From positions 124,001-188,000 of the IMG/VR virus record IMGVR_UViG_3300005965_000002: 64,000 nt of DNA; one strand, 5' to 3'. The notes under the pieces are model-generated. The model was not told the origin of the DNA. It made no database searches and saw nothing but the letters and a program-made list of their open reading frames with translations. The position numbers and the translations under genes are program-made. How positions within the stretch are numbered: position 1 is the first letter of the stretch; each line of letters opens with the position of its first letter. Below are positions 31,857 to 42,471 of this stretch, piece by piece.

Positions 31857-32165
31857 ATGCCCATAGAAGTAGAATTTTTTACGTTAACCGGAATGCAGGG
31901 ATCTGGCGGAGAAACCGGAATACTTGAGCTTTCGCGTTACCCATCCACAGGTGTAGATGGTAATTACGATATTGCGATTGATCCGGTGGATGGTCCAGCT
32001 CAAATTTTAGGTGCCGACTTTGGGATCACCCACTATGGAGGTACAGCAAAGGTATTCTTTAACCTTCCTAATTCTGATATAAGAGATGTCCTATTAAACA
32101 GGGATCACGGCATTACGGCACCATTAAGAATTAGAGCTTTATATAACGGTGAAACTGGAATCTAA
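31857..32165 (+). CDS. Small structural protein
   Basis: 102-aa ORF; pattern ...LRIRALY resembles Ig-like strands; GETG stubs. Confidence 0.55.
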   Translation: MPIEVEFFTLTGMQGSGGETGILELSRYPSTGVDGNYDIAIDPVDGPAQILGADFGITHYGGTAKVFFNLPNSDIRDVLLNRDHGITAPLRIRALYNGETGI

Positions 32166-32185
32166 ATATAGGAAATGAGGTGACT

Positions 32186-32401
32186 ATGAGTTTGACTAAA
32201 GACCAAATTATGGGTCAATTCGCGGAAATAAGATATTTAGTTTTAGAATGTAGCAGAGAATTTGAAAAGCCAGATCCTTCCCTTGATGTAATTCAGGATT
32301 TAACTGATAGGTACAAGGAAAAGGTTGATACAAATTACATAAATATTAGAGAATGGTTTTACGATAATACTGACCAGATTTCGGAAGATATGGTAGTATA
32401 A
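32186..32401 (+). CDS. Small hypothetical protein
   Basis: ATG after gaggt RBS; TAATG-coupled to the next gene. Confidence 0.55.
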   Translation: MSLTKDQIMGQFAEIRYLVLECSREFEKPDPSLDVIQDLTDRYKEKVDTNYINIREWFYDNTDQISEDMVV

Positions 32402-33747
32402 TGGCTTTAGAATTTTTACCTTCTGATAAGCTCACTTTTGAGACAGATGATAGAAGATTCCACGACAATCCTTCTATAGTAAAGGATAAGCATGGAAGGC
32501 TGGTAGTATTCTATCAAAAGTACCTCTATTCGGGCAGACTTACGGGAGGTGACTTATCATTTGGTGAAGAAACTTTGAACTGCTCCATATCTGCTGGGAC
32601 GGGAGAACTTAACGGTACTGATATTTCTTGGCCAGATACTAATCTTACTCTCCAGGCAAACTCAGACACTTTGGTTTATGCAGATATTGACGGCGCAGTT
32701 AAAAGCACTACTGAACCAACGATGACTCTGACAAAAGATGTTGTTATGCTATCTTACGTAAACGTTGGTAGCATTATTGTTAGAGCTAAAACTGTACAAT
32801 CGGGTTATTACATCTATAATAGAAGACAAGAGTTCATCAACGGAAGCTATGCTTGGGATGATAAGGAATATAAGATTTGTACAGGAGTGTCACCATACGC
32901 TGCCTATGATGGAGAAAATGACAGAATTTATTTGTCTTACCAAATGAATGGGAGCAGTTGTTTAAGAATATTTGATCTAAATAACTCTTCAACATTTAGA
33001 GATCAGTGGCACTATCATGTAGGTAATGAAGGCGAAATTAGTCCTAAACCACAACCTAAGGAAGAATTATTTCCTGGTTTTGGAGTCAGCTCCGGAAGGG
33101 GAATAGTAACGCAGCCAGAGTTATTTTCGTTTGGTAGGTCTATTGGTATTGGTTATAAATATGAAAATGGAGAGTATGTTCCATATGTCCATCTTCCGTA
33201 CACAGTGAGTGAGCATCTAGATTACATAATTGGTAATCCTATTCTTCAAGTTTTAAGTAAAAACGGAGATTCCTATTCGGTTATTGCTGAGTACAGCATT
33301 AATAAGGGAACAGATCTATATAACGGCCTAAACACAAAGTGGACCTACGGCCACGACAATATGTACTTACGTTTAAAAGTTAATCATCTTTTATTTAATA
33401 ATGTGTTTTATACTGATACGTCCAATTACATGAAGGTGCTAGTACCGGAAACTAGAGATTATCTGAAAGAAAAATCAGAATCAAAAATAGATTTTCAGGT
33501 TAGGGACGCTGTTGTATATCCTAGTTATGGTGTGTCAGAGGGCAAACTTAATAAGACATTCGAATCCAATTTTTTATATAAGTTCCCTAGTGATAATTTG
33601 AGTAATATCTCTTATGGTATATCCGATGGTAAGTTAACTAAAACAGAAGAATTATTTCAAGATTTTAAGTTTTCGGAAGACTCCCTAGAAAATATTTCTT
33701 ATGGAGTATCTGAAGGAAAATATACAATAACAAACAAAGAAGTATGA
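32401..33747 (+). CDS. Probable tail/baseplate-associated structural protein
   Basis: 448 aa, beta-rich; C-terminal repeated SYGxSEGK motif; translationally coupled. Confidence 0.55.
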   Translation: MALEFLPSDKLTFETDDRRFHDNPSIVKDKHGRLVVFYQKYLYSGRLTGGDLSFGEETLNCSISAGTGELNGTDISWPDTNLTLQANSDTLVYADIDGAVKSTTEPTMTLTKDVVMLSYVNVGSIIVRAKTVQSGYYIYNRRQEFINGSYAWDDKEYKICTGVSPYAAYDGENDRIYLSYQMNGSSCLRIFDLNNSSTFRDQWHYHVGNEGEISPKPQPKEELFPGFGVSSGRGIVTQPELFSFGRSIGIGYKYENGEYVPYVHLPYTVSEHLDYIIGNPILQVLSKNGDSYSVIAEYSINKGTDLYNGLNTKWTYGHDNMYLRLKVNHLLFNNVFYTDTSNYMKVLVPETRDYLKEKSESKIDFQVRDAVVYPSYGVSEGKLNKTFESNFLYKFPSDNLSNISYGISDGKLTKTEELFQDFKFSEDSLENISYGVSEGKYTITNKEV

Positions 33748-36700
33748 GGATTGCTATGATTAAACCTAAAGGTGTTTATAAGTGGAAATTGGTAGATAAG
33801 GTTACAAAAGAAATTCGAGAAGTAGGAGAGCAACAAAATTTAGTAACCGATTCTTTTTACCAATCATTTATAGGGACTAAGCCTGAAAATGATGTGACAG
33901 TTGGCGTTTTCAATCCAGATAGATGGAAATTGGCAATATTTTTATCTGAAACTCCTTTGCCCCTACCTGAGGGTGAATATAGAGACCCTACTGTAGCTGA
34001 CGCTAACATATCAGAAGCCGCCAGCACAGAGGATATGGAAGTTGTTTGGGATATGCCGTCTAGAACTGGAACTGTTAAGCATAATTTTGACCCACCGGAG
34101 GGGGATGATAGAACCATTACCATACTTGGTGTTTACGTTTATAATCCTGGTAAAATAGGTTTGATGTCTTTTGTAGAATTAACAATTCCTATAGTACAAA
34201 GTACTAGCTATTTTTTATATGTTGAATATTCTGTATCATTTGAATACACCGGGGGTGGGTTAAATTCTCCGGATAATGCTTTTATTACAGATTGGTTTAA
34301 TGAGGACCTTAAAAGAGTTAGTGCTTTAGTATGGGGTAAATATCACATATCATTTGTTACAGGACATACTATGTTTCTACCCCCCGTAGACAAAGATAAG
34401 GTAATGAGGTGCCCGTCATTTAGAATCTCGTATAAGGATGCTATTGACTCCGGATGTAATTTTGGGCACACAGTTACTAAGAGTTTTTCATATGAAGACA
34501 TATCAGGTCCGTTAGGAGCCGTTGTCCGTGGTAGGATACATATTGGTGATAGTGATACTTTAGCTTTAGGCTATAATGGTCCAGTTGATCGATGTATTGG
34601 AAGTTATAATTCTAATGAGCAGCCGTCTATATCTCGAATATTTGTTCATCCCGGAGATCATATCGATAAGATTTTTAGCGATCCTTCAAATCCGCCTTTA
34701 ACTCGTGGAAAAATTGTAGCCTCAGGGACTCCTACTAATAAGTGGCCTCTAATAGTTCGTCTTCATGTAACAAAAAGTGGAAAAGCTGTTGATACTATCA
34801 GTGAGACGTTTACAGCAAATCCATCGACCAACGAGCTTACGATTTCATCTGATGATTGGGCCGTTGATGACACGGTAAGGTTTACTTCTACAGGCACTCT
34901 GCCCACACCTCTTCAGGTTGGTACCGACTACACTATTAGTAGCAGGGATGGCGATAATATAACACTTACCCTCGGTGAGAGTTCTGTAGATATTGAGGAT
35001 TCCGGTTCAGGTACTCATACAATTATTACACAAAGCGAAGGTAGATACAAGTTAGAGTTAGAACCGTTTATGGATAGCGGTATAAATGAAGAAGAAGTAA
35101 CTTATAGTAGTACTAGTCTCACTAATCCAGCTTCTTATACAGAAAGTTATTTTACACCTGTTTACCAGTTAACTCCAGGTATAGATATCAACGGTAACTT
35201 GATGGATACGGTGGATCCCGATATCCACATACCCGAAATTCATTATGGGTCTTTTAGAGAGGGTGATTACATATATGGACTAAGTCCGGATTCCAGCGGT
35301 AGCGGGTTGTATATCCATAAGTGGAGATTTGGGACAGTTGAGACATCAGAAGTTATCCACACGGTAAGCACAACAGTAACACATCATGGGGATTCTAGCC
35401 ATGACATGATGCAAGCTATAAGGGCAAAAGGTTCGTACTCAAACAATGTATACATTGCAACAAGAGAAGGCCTGTATGTTTTTGATATCGTTAACGAAAC
35501 GGAACCTACAAAGCTTTCTATTTCTGGAGTTATTGATGAGGATTTTAGGGACGTCACTTTTGATCCAGTTACTGAAATGTTATGGACCGGGCACTCCATG
35601 GGTCTGTGTAAAATTAACTTAGCAACTAATACAGCTACTCAGTATATTTCAGATAATGGGGGTGCTCTGGATGGGATTGGGGAAAATGCATACTCAAACC
35701 CAGGCGGTTTAACTGCGTATGATGGTGTCGTACTGTGCGCCCCGTGTGGTGATGACGATAACTATAATTTCTTTTTTATCTATGATGATAACGTAAATGG
35801 TTATTATTATGAAAATAATATCGATGATTATTTTCATGGTGGTTACATAGATGAAACTGACGGAGCTATAATTATACGTATAGGAAATGATTGGGTTACA
35901 TATGAGGTTTCAGATATAACAGGCAATAACACAGGCACATTGACTAAAATAGAAGAGTATACTATGCCTACAGGATCCGGGAGTCCTAGCAGCCAGGGTA
36001 CCACAATAACAAAAATAGCTAAAGATACATTTATGGCAACCGTTGCTGTGAAGATAGGCTATAACGAGTCTCAAAAATTAGAAATGTATAAAAGAGGAGA
36101 AGGTGTACAAGAAATGATAGGTGCTGGGTGGGGGTTGTACCGTCCTTGGCTAACTCCTTCTCCTTATCAACATACTGGTATACCTAGAAGTCTTATAGAT
36201 TTATCAGAAGATGGTTCAGGTCTATATGCAGTTTCTACGGGTAAAGCATTTTTTAAAACTATACCAGGTATACCTATACCGTACGGTTGGAATGGATCTG
36301 AGTGGAGCAATGAAAGTTCCTCTGATAGAGTAATAGCGAAGACAGGGACACACGATCTCGGTCACGGTGTTGAGGTTTCCTTCTCGAATGCTGTAGGAGA
36401 AACCTGGGATACTCAGTTTGTACTGGACGAGCATATAACTTTTATGATAGCCGCAACTCCTATTAAGGATAACCTGCAGACATATTCTTTTCGAGGCAGA
36501 TATTATTGGGTGGAATCTAGAAGAGTAGAAGATTGGAACACAACAGTATCCGGAACATCGTTGTCAATACCTGAGTCTTCAGATGAAGATTTTAGACAGT
36601 TAGATACTGAAGAAGTAGTTATTTCTGTTAAGGATTCTACTGCTGACACTTATCTAACATATGTAGTGGGTGAGTCCCCTGAAGTTGGTGCCTCCCCTAG

Positions 36701-36803
36701 TGCAGGAGAATTCTCTGCGCAGACGGATGGTACATTATTATTCAATGAGGCTGAAGACGGCCATTCTATTTCAGTTAGCTATAATTACACACTCTACTCA
36801 TAA
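33744..36803 (+). CDS. Large tail fibre/receptor-binding-type protein with beta-propeller-like region
   Basis: KGVYKWKLVD...QQNLVTD start; VRFTSTGTLPTPLQVGTDYTI module; YIATREGLYVFD and LWTGHSMGLCKI propeller-like blades. Confidence 0.6.
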   Translation: MRIAMIKPKGVYKWKLVDKVTKEIREVGEQQNLVTDSFYQSFIGTKPENDVTVGVFNPDRWKLAIFLSETPLPLPEGEYRDPTVADANISEAASTEDMEVVWDMPSRTGTVKHNFDPPEGDDRTITILGVYVYNPGKIGLMSFVELTIPIVQSTSYFLYVEYSVSFEYTGGGLNSPDNAFITDWFNEDLKRVSALVWGKYHISFVTGHTMFLPPVDKDKVMRCPSFRISYKDAIDSGCNFGHTVTKSFSYEDISGPLGAVVRGRIHIGDSDTLALGYNGPVDRCIGSYNSNEQPSISRIFVHPGDHIDKIFSDPSNPPLTRGKIVASGTPTNKWPLIVRLHVTKSGKAVDTISETFTANPSTNELTISSDDWAVDDTVRFTSTGTLPTPLQVGTDYTISSRDGDNITLTLGESSVDIEDSGSGTHTIITQSEGRYKLELEPFMDSGINEEEVTYSSTSLTNPASYTESYFTPVYQLTPGIDINGNLMDTVDPDIHIPEIHYGSFREGDYIYGLSPDSSGSGLYIHKWRFGTVETSEVIHTVSTTVTHHGDSSHDMMQAIRAKGSYSNNVYIATREGLYVFDIVNETEPTKLSISGVIDEDFRDVTFDPVTEMLWTGHSMGLCKINLATNTATQYISDNGGALDGIGENAYSNPGGLTAYDGVVLCAPCGDDDNYNFFFIYDDNVNGYYYENNIDDYFHGGYIDETDGAIIIRIGNDWVTYEVSDITGNNTGTLTKIEEYTMPTGSGSPSSQGTTITKIAKDTFMATVAVKIGYNESQKLEMYKRGEGVQEMIGAGWGLYRPWLTPSPYQHTGIPRSLIDLSEDGSGLYAVSTGKAFFKTIPGIPIPYGWNGSEWSNESSSDRVIAKTGTHDLGHGVEVSFSNAVGETWDTQFVLDEHITFMIAATPIKDNLQTYSFRGRYYWVESRRVEDWNTTVSGTSLSIPESSDEDFRQLDTEEVVISVKDSTADTYLTYVVGESPEVGASPSAGEFSAQTDGTLLFNEAEDGHSISVSYNYTLYS

Positions 36804-36812
36804 GAAAAAAAG

Positions 36813-39800
36813 ATGAATATTCCAATTGATGATAAAACACAATACGTAGTTAGTTCTACCGGCAGAGAGCACTCGCCAGATATAGTCGTAGCTAAGAGTG
36901 CTCTCTGGTGCGTTTTTTCTCGTTTTGGATCTCTTTATCTAAAGGAGTACAATGGTAGGGTTTTTAAGCGTATAAGATCAAAAAATAAGAACTTCTATCT
37001 TTCTCCAGCGTTAGATTCGCAGGCTAACTTAAATCCGGATAGGTTTTGGTTGTGGGAAGTAACAGGCGAGGGGTCGATAAATCTTATCGAGATAGAACCT
37101 TTTAGTGACAAGGATCCCATAGTACATAGAGAGATTAACATAGAAAATGAAAATATATTAAACATACGAGCTGAGGTACATCCTGGGGAATACACAAGAG
37201 TTTTTATGCTTACGGATACTCCCAGGAAGCTTCATTTGAAAATTTATGCGAATGTCCTCAATGCTGTATCTACATACGAACAGGTGTTTCCTTGGAATAC
37301 ATCAAGATTAGATTCTTTTTCAACAGGAAATAGCTTAGCCTACATAGAGGTTTCTTCACCACCAAATGTGTATGAGCAGGGATTTGCGCAGCCCTCCCCC
37401 TATATCGATTCTGTTTTTCAAGTAGTTCCGTACGCCGAAGTAACTGTAAAATGGAATACTGTTGATGACACTGATCAATATCAGCTTCAGAGATCAACTA
37501 GTCCTACATTTACGACAGGGGTGGAGACCGTCTATGAAGGAGTGGGTATAGAATATACGGATCTGACGCCTAGTTATAGTACATTTTATTATAGAGTAAG
37601 ATCAAGGTTATTAGGTGCAGACGTAGATAGCGATTGGTCTAATATTGAAGGAGTAACTTTACATAGCTCATCAGATTTTCCAAATGATCGACGTCCTGTT
37701 ATATACGTAGACCTGCAAAATGGTTCGGACGCAAATCTGGGCGATATACTACATCCTGTAAGAACCCTTTTTAGAGCCTATGAAATTACGTTTCCAGGAT
37801 CAATTATTATTCTCCAAAATGGCGGAACAAGTACAAGCGTCTCCTATGGAAACCTAACTATTGATAAAAACCTTACAATCCGGGGTGCCTATGGTTCTGA
37901 AGCTTATGTAGGAACTCTTACGGTTACTTCTGGTAATGTACTGTTTGAAAACTTAATTTTCAATAATACTGAGACCGGTATTGCTATAGACCATTCCGGT
38001 ATAGGTTCTGTTGCAGTAAAAGATTGTACATTTAATGAAGTCGATTATGGTATTCAAATAACAAATTCAAATTATGTAAGTGTACACAGAAATACTTTTA
38101 CAGGCCACAAGGTAGGCATAAAAGTTGAGGGCGGTACAGAGGTTAATATTAGTTCTAATGTTTTTGATTCAGGCTTTAGGTCAATTGATATAGAGAGCGT
38201 AGAAAGACTCGATCTGTGGAGAAATACGATCTACGGAGCTGGGAACATTTCTTTAGGAATATCACCTGACGAAAATTTGCGTATTGTGTATGTTACCCTG
38301 AGCAGTTTTAATATTAGTACAAAAAGAATACAACTTCCAGGTTTTGCCTCAGAATCTTCATCTACGCCAGGTAATTATGATGTTGTTGTGAATACCGTCA
38401 ACGGTCCTGCTTTCGATTACGGTACAGACTATACAGTTACAGGAAGCGGTTCTATAGTATCATGGGACGGGTTATCCATAGAGAATACGCTACAGGTAGG
38501 AGATATTCTCCGGGTCATGTATTCAGAGGGTACTGATCCTGGGGGAGGGGATGCTATTCGCCTTTTTAACATAGGTGATGACAGAAGCCGAGTAGACTCT
38601 AATAGCATTACTGGAGTAGGATCGGACATTCTATTTGGGGTGTTTTTTAACACACCAATAAGAATCAGGCATAACAACTTCTTCGGCGTAACTGGTTCTC
38701 AGCCTTACTCATCTATTGTGGCTCCCACGGAACCAGCAACGTATCCTGGAACAAATTTTTCAGATGATCCATTATACGTTGATCCGGGTAACCTAACGGA
38801 TCCGGATTTTAGATTACAGTCTACCTCACCAAACATAGATTCTGGAGACTATATTAGGTGGGGTCAAATACTGGAAGAAATGGGCATAGAAAAAATAAAC
38901 GGTAGCTACACTGGAATCAGTCCTATATTAAGACATAATGTAGCTGCTTTTAACAGAGATATAGACAGAGACGGAGCGCATCGTTTATATGGGGATGCCA
39001 CCGGGGATGTCGGAGCTTACGAATATCTAAGAGGTACATTTACTGGTGATGACTATTATGTAGATGAAAGAGGTTACGATTTAGTTAATACAGGAACTGA
39101 GAGTAGCCCCCTGGCTACGTTAGACCGGGGAGCTGTTTTAGCCGGTACAGGTGGAGCTGTTATCGTACACTCAAATAAGGTAATACCGTATTCTTCAGAA
39201 GGATACAACTATGGTAGGTATAGAAGTAAAAATATAAGGTTTAGTAGTACGGGTAGTGCATTTACGGTAGGTAGCGGAAGAACCCGTGATATGGCTTACG
39301 TGTACCCGTCTTTCCCGACGTACGCCACCGGTGAGGTGTATGTATCCAATGATGGTAACGATTCCAATCCTGGCACACATGACCAACCATTTAGAACTAT
39401 TAATAGGGCTCTTCAAGAAAGTCAAAATTATGTTATTGTGAAACCTGGAATATATAATAGCTTTGAGTCCGTGGCGGGTAAGCATTTAATCGGGGTTTCT
39501 CAGACTGACTCTGTTCTTCTATACGGAAAGAATTATAATACACTAAAATCCGGTTATTGGAGTCAAGATACTGTTTTGCCAGGTAGCGCCTCTTTTAGTA
39601 GTGGTGATGTGCTGACATTAACACCAGAGGTATGCCTGCTTTCCGATTTCTCTATGGAATCTAAAATAGATTTTAAAGCTACAGCGAATATAAACACAGA
39701 TGAATTTATCATAAGACTTGTTAATGATCCCGATTCTGAAGCAAAATTGGATGTACTGACTACAACTAAAAAATTTATAGAGGTAAAAAAATCTGGGACC

Positions 39801-40208
39801 ACTAATCCAAGGATATACCTGAGATATGGTAATGGGACAAACAGTTACTCCTCATCCTATTCCTTCACTGATACAGGTGAAGATGTAAAAATTAGAATCA
39901 TACTTGATGTTTTTTCTGGAATAAAATTTAGAGTAAAGGGAATTAAGAAGTTAGATGACAACCCAGAGAATGGCAGCGCTAATATAGAGAATGTAGATAT
40001 CAGTAAAGACATAAACATAAATAAGACTTTTGAAGACACAGAAGATTGGTGGGAATCCGCAGAAGGGTGGAGGGTCGCTTTTTATTCATCAGGAGGCGGC
40101 ACAACGGAGATAAAAAATATGAAAATAACCGCTAGTGATATCACCGATGTAGAAGCATACTCCTATTCAAAAATTAAAAGAAAAGTATTTGCTATCTTAG
40201 GGGCATAA
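36813..40208 (+). CDS. FN3 + right-handed beta-helix (pectate-lyase-like) tailspike/depolymerase-like protein
   Basis: FN3 (VTVKW...YQLQRS...YYRVRS); three YV(D/S)..G.D.N.G...P..T motifs; parallel beta-helix coils; DPDFRLQSTSPNIDSG...DVGAYEY. Confidence 0.75.
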   Translation: MNIPIDDKTQYVVSSTGREHSPDIVVAKSALWCVFSRFGSLYLKEYNGRVFKRIRSKNKNFYLSPALDSQANLNPDRFWLWEVTGEGSINLIEIEPFSDKDPIVHREINIENENILNIRAEVHPGEYTRVFMLTDTPRKLHLKIYANVLNAVSTYEQVFPWNTSRLDSFSTGNSLAYIEVSSPPNVYEQGFAQPSPYIDSVFQVVPYAEVTVKWNTVDDTDQYQLQRSTSPTFTTGVETVYEGVGIEYTDLTPSYSTFYYRVRSRLLGADVDSDWSNIEGVTLHSSSDFPNDRRPVIYVDLQNGSDANLGDILHPVRTLFRAYEITFPGSIIILQNGGTSTSVSYGNLTIDKNLTIRGAYGSEAYVGTLTVTSGNVLFENLIFNNTETGIAIDHSGIGSVAVKDCTFNEVDYGIQITNSNYVSVHRNTFTGHKVGIKVEGGTEVNISSNVFDSGFRSIDIESVERLDLWRNTIYGAGNISLGISPDENLRIVYVTLSSFNISTKRIQLPGFASESSSTPGNYDVVVNTVNGPAFDYGTDYTVTGSGSIVSWDGLSIENTLQVGDILRVMYSEGTDPGGGDAIRLFNIGDDRSRVDSNSITGVGSDILFGVFFNTPIRIRHNNFFGVTGSQPYSSIVAPTEPATYPGTNFSDDPLYVDPGNLTDPDFRLQSTSPNIDSGDYIRWGQILEEMGIEKINGSYTGISPILRHNVAAFNRDIDRDGAHRLYGDATGDVGAYEYLRGTFTGDDYYVDERGYDLVNTGTESSPLATLDRGAVLAGTGGAVIVHSNKVIPYSSEGYNYGRYRSKNIRFSSTGSAFTVGSGRTRDMAYVYPSFPTYATGEVYVSNDGNDSNPGTHDQPFRTINRALQESQNYVIVKPGIYNSFESVAGKHLIGVSQTDSVLLYGKNYNTLKSGYWSQDTVLPGSASFSSGDVLTLTPEVCLLSDFSMESKIDFKATANINTDEFIIRLVNDPDSEAKLDVLTTTKKFIEVKKSGTTNPRIYLRYGNGTNSYSSSYSFTDTGEDVKIRIILDVFSGIKFRVKGIKKLDDNPENGSANIENVDISKDININKTFEDTEDWWESAEGWRVAFYSSGGGTTEIKNMKITASDITDVEAYSYSKIKRKVFAILGA

Positions 40209-40211
40209 TCT

Positions 40212-41606
40212 ATGGATAGAGATGAAGTAAGAAGACCACATCAATTTAGGGATAACTTTGGTAGGCCGGAATTCAGGTTACCATACCGTGACGGTAATGA
40301 TACTCCGTATTCTTTGCCTTTAAGCCCTAAAAATGTAAATGTAACCAGCCCCTACTTAATAGGAGTAATAGACATTAGATGGGATTCTCCTGCTAGCTAT
40401 GCAGCCCATAATAGCTGGGAAGTGCAGGGCGTGAACATTTATAAGTCTTATGACACCCCCGAAGGTCCTTATAAAAAAATTAATGATACGCCTGTAGGTG
40501 CTCTATACTACCGCGATCAGACCAAAGAAGTTTATGTGGTAGATGAAGACCCTCTTGCTGGTGGTAGGTTTATCGCTGGGACTAATGCAACAAATGATTG
40601 GATAATAAAAACATTTCACAAGCCTTTAGTTATTCCTGGTACTAATGGTGAGATAGCTACTACCAGGGACCACGTAACCGTGAAAGTCAAAGAAACAGCA
40701 ATAGACGATTTCATAGAAGTCCCCCCATTTAAGGTATTCGGGGAAACTGGTGAGATATATTTAATAAACAGAAAGATCTATAATCACACGACTAACACTT
40801 TAGATGACCCGATACTTCCTAATATCACTGCCGGTGGTGAGGTGAGAGTAAGCTACACTCATATCGATAACCACATACAAACTAATATCAATAGGAAAAT
40901 TTACTATAAGGTGACTACAGTAGCTATTGATCCGGATGATGGGAATACTAAGGAGACACCTTTAAATGAATGTGAAGCTTATAATCTTTATGATATGGAA
41001 AAGATTGATTGGATATGGGCTGAGGCTATTCGAAGAAATAGATGGATGTTAGAGCAGGCGGGAGAAAGAGTAAACTTATTTATCCGTAAATGGGCGGGGC
41101 AAAGGTGCCATTGTTGGGATGAGCAATATAGAACATCAAAGTCTGATTGCTCAATATGCTACGGCACCGGGTATGTTGGGGGCTATGAAGGGCCGTACCC
41201 GATTATAGTAGCTCCTCCGGAAACCGAAAAAATGGTACAGCTCATGGATATGGGTTTACGGGTATCTTACGATTGGAATACATGGACCGGGCCTTACCCT
41301 CTTTTAAATGATAGGGATATAGTTGTACGTCAGAATAACGATAGATTTATGGTGAGTAGAGTGAATCCTCAGGGTTCAAGGGGAGCTATATATCAGCAGC
41401 ATTTTAGTCTAGAGCATCTTAATCAAAGTGATCCTGTATACCAAGTGGGTATACCAGGAGGAAGTGCTAATGTGCCTGCCGAATGGAATGCTTATAGAGA
41501 GGATCGTCCTACTGATGCTAGTCCAACTATACCTAATAAACCTGAGATACCTGATCAGTATGAATATAGAGGCCGGACTGTTTGTTTCGAGAATATAGTT
41601 TATTAA
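40212..41606 (+). CDS. FN3-containing head-closure/neck protein with Cys cluster
   Basis: PKNVNV...IRWDSP FN3; EAIRRNRWMLEQAGERV...RCHCWD...DCSICYGTGYVGGY; LLNDRDIVV...RFMVSRV. Confidence 0.65.
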   Translation: MDRDEVRRPHQFRDNFGRPEFRLPYRDGNDTPYSLPLSPKNVNVTSPYLIGVIDIRWDSPASYAAHNSWEVQGVNIYKSYDTPEGPYKKINDTPVGALYYRDQTKEVYVVDEDPLAGGRFIAGTNATNDWIIKTFHKPLVIPGTNGEIATTRDHVTVKVKETAIDDFIEVPPFKVFGETGEIYLINRKIYNHTTNTLDDPILPNITAGGEVRVSYTHIDNHIQTNINRKIYYKVTTVAIDPDDGNTKETPLNECEAYNLYDMEKIDWIWAEAIRRNRWMLEQAGERVNLFIRKWAGQRCHCWDEQYRTSKSDCSICYGTGYVGGYEGPYPIIVAPPETEKMVQLMDMGLRVSYDWNTWTGPYPLLNDRDIVVRQNNDRFMVSRVNPQGSRGAIYQQHFSLEHLNQSDPVYQVGIPGGSANVPAEWNAYREDRPTDASPTIPNKPEIPDQYEYRGRTVCFENIVY

Positions 41607-41619
41607 TTATCTCTTAATA
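41606..41619 (+). promoter_or_regulatory. Putative late promoter motif copy 8
   Basis: ATTATCTCTTAATA upstream of 41667. Confidence 0.6.
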
Positions 41620-41666
41620 AACAATTTTACAACAAGCATTAGTTTTTAATACTTTTGGAGGATAAC

Positions 41667-42425
41667 ATGGATCTTAAAGTTGCCGCTGAGAATCTGTTAA
41701 AAGTTGCAGATCAAATAGAAAGAGAAGCAGAGCAAAAGACTGTTTTTGCTTGCGAATCCTGTAATCATACTGCCACTCTGGCAGAAATAAATGCGGCTCG
41801 TAAGTCTTTCGCTGAGAAGGAAGCTTCAGAAACTGGTAAATCTGTGCGTGTAGCAAAAATCACTGTAAATGATAAGGTAGCCTGCGGTAACTGTGGTGAA
41901 GGCGCTATGTGCTATGAGTCTGATGAAGTGAGCTCTAAGTATTGGGTCGAAGCTGCAGATGAAGATGATTTAGAAACTCTTGATATAGCTGAAGAAGACG
42001 ATAAAGAAGTTTCGGAAAAAGAAGAGGATAAAGAGGAAGATAAAGAAGATTCTGATACTGAAGAAGATAAAGATACCGATGAAGATACGGACGAAGAGGA
42101 AAGTGAAGAGGAAGAAGAACTTCCCGATGACCTTTTTGAGCCTGTAGATGAACAGGATGATAAAAACGAGAAGGAAGAGGGAGAAGAAGAAGATAAAGAA
42201 GAAGAGTCTACTGAAGAAGATGATGAAGAGACAGACACAGAAGATATTGACGATGAAGAAGATGAAGAAGAGCCTAAGCCTAAGCCTAAGCCTAAGAAGA
42301 AAAAGAAAGACAGCCCTACAGATGGAAAAGCTAATGTGAATAAAGAGCCGCCGCCAAAGTTTGAAAAGATGCCTAAGGAAGCATCTGATCGTTTTTGGTC
42401 TTCGGTTTCAAGATATTCAATCTAA
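41667..42425 (+). CDS. Zinc-ribbon protein with long acidic tract
   Basis: CESCNH...CGNCG; about 100-aa D/E tract; KPKPKPK; ATG after ggagga. Confidence 0.7.
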   Translation: MDLKVAAENLLKVADQIEREAEQKTVFACESCNHTATLAEINAARKSFAEKEASETGKSVRVAKITVNDKVACGNCGEGAMCYESDEVSSKYWVEAADEDDLETLDIAEEDDKEVSEKEEDKEEDKEDSDTEEDKDTDEDTDEEESEEEEELPDDLFEPVDEQDDKNEKEEGEEEDKEEESTEEDDEETDTEDIDDEEDEEEPKPKPKPKKKKKDSPTDGKANVNKEPPPKFEKMPKEASDRFWSSVSRYSI

Positions 42426-42448
42426 GGAAAGGGATTTAATCCCTTTCC
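42426..42448 (+). terminator. Hairpin (possible terminator)
   Basis: ggaaagggat-tta-atccctttcc; no clear T tract. Confidence 0.5.
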
Positions 42449-42471
42449 TCACCAGTATATAAGATATAGAT

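Noticed and set aside
41912-42339. Poly-Ser antisense and Lys/Arg-rich alternative-frame ORFs
   Set aside because: Shadows of the GAA/GAT acidic tract
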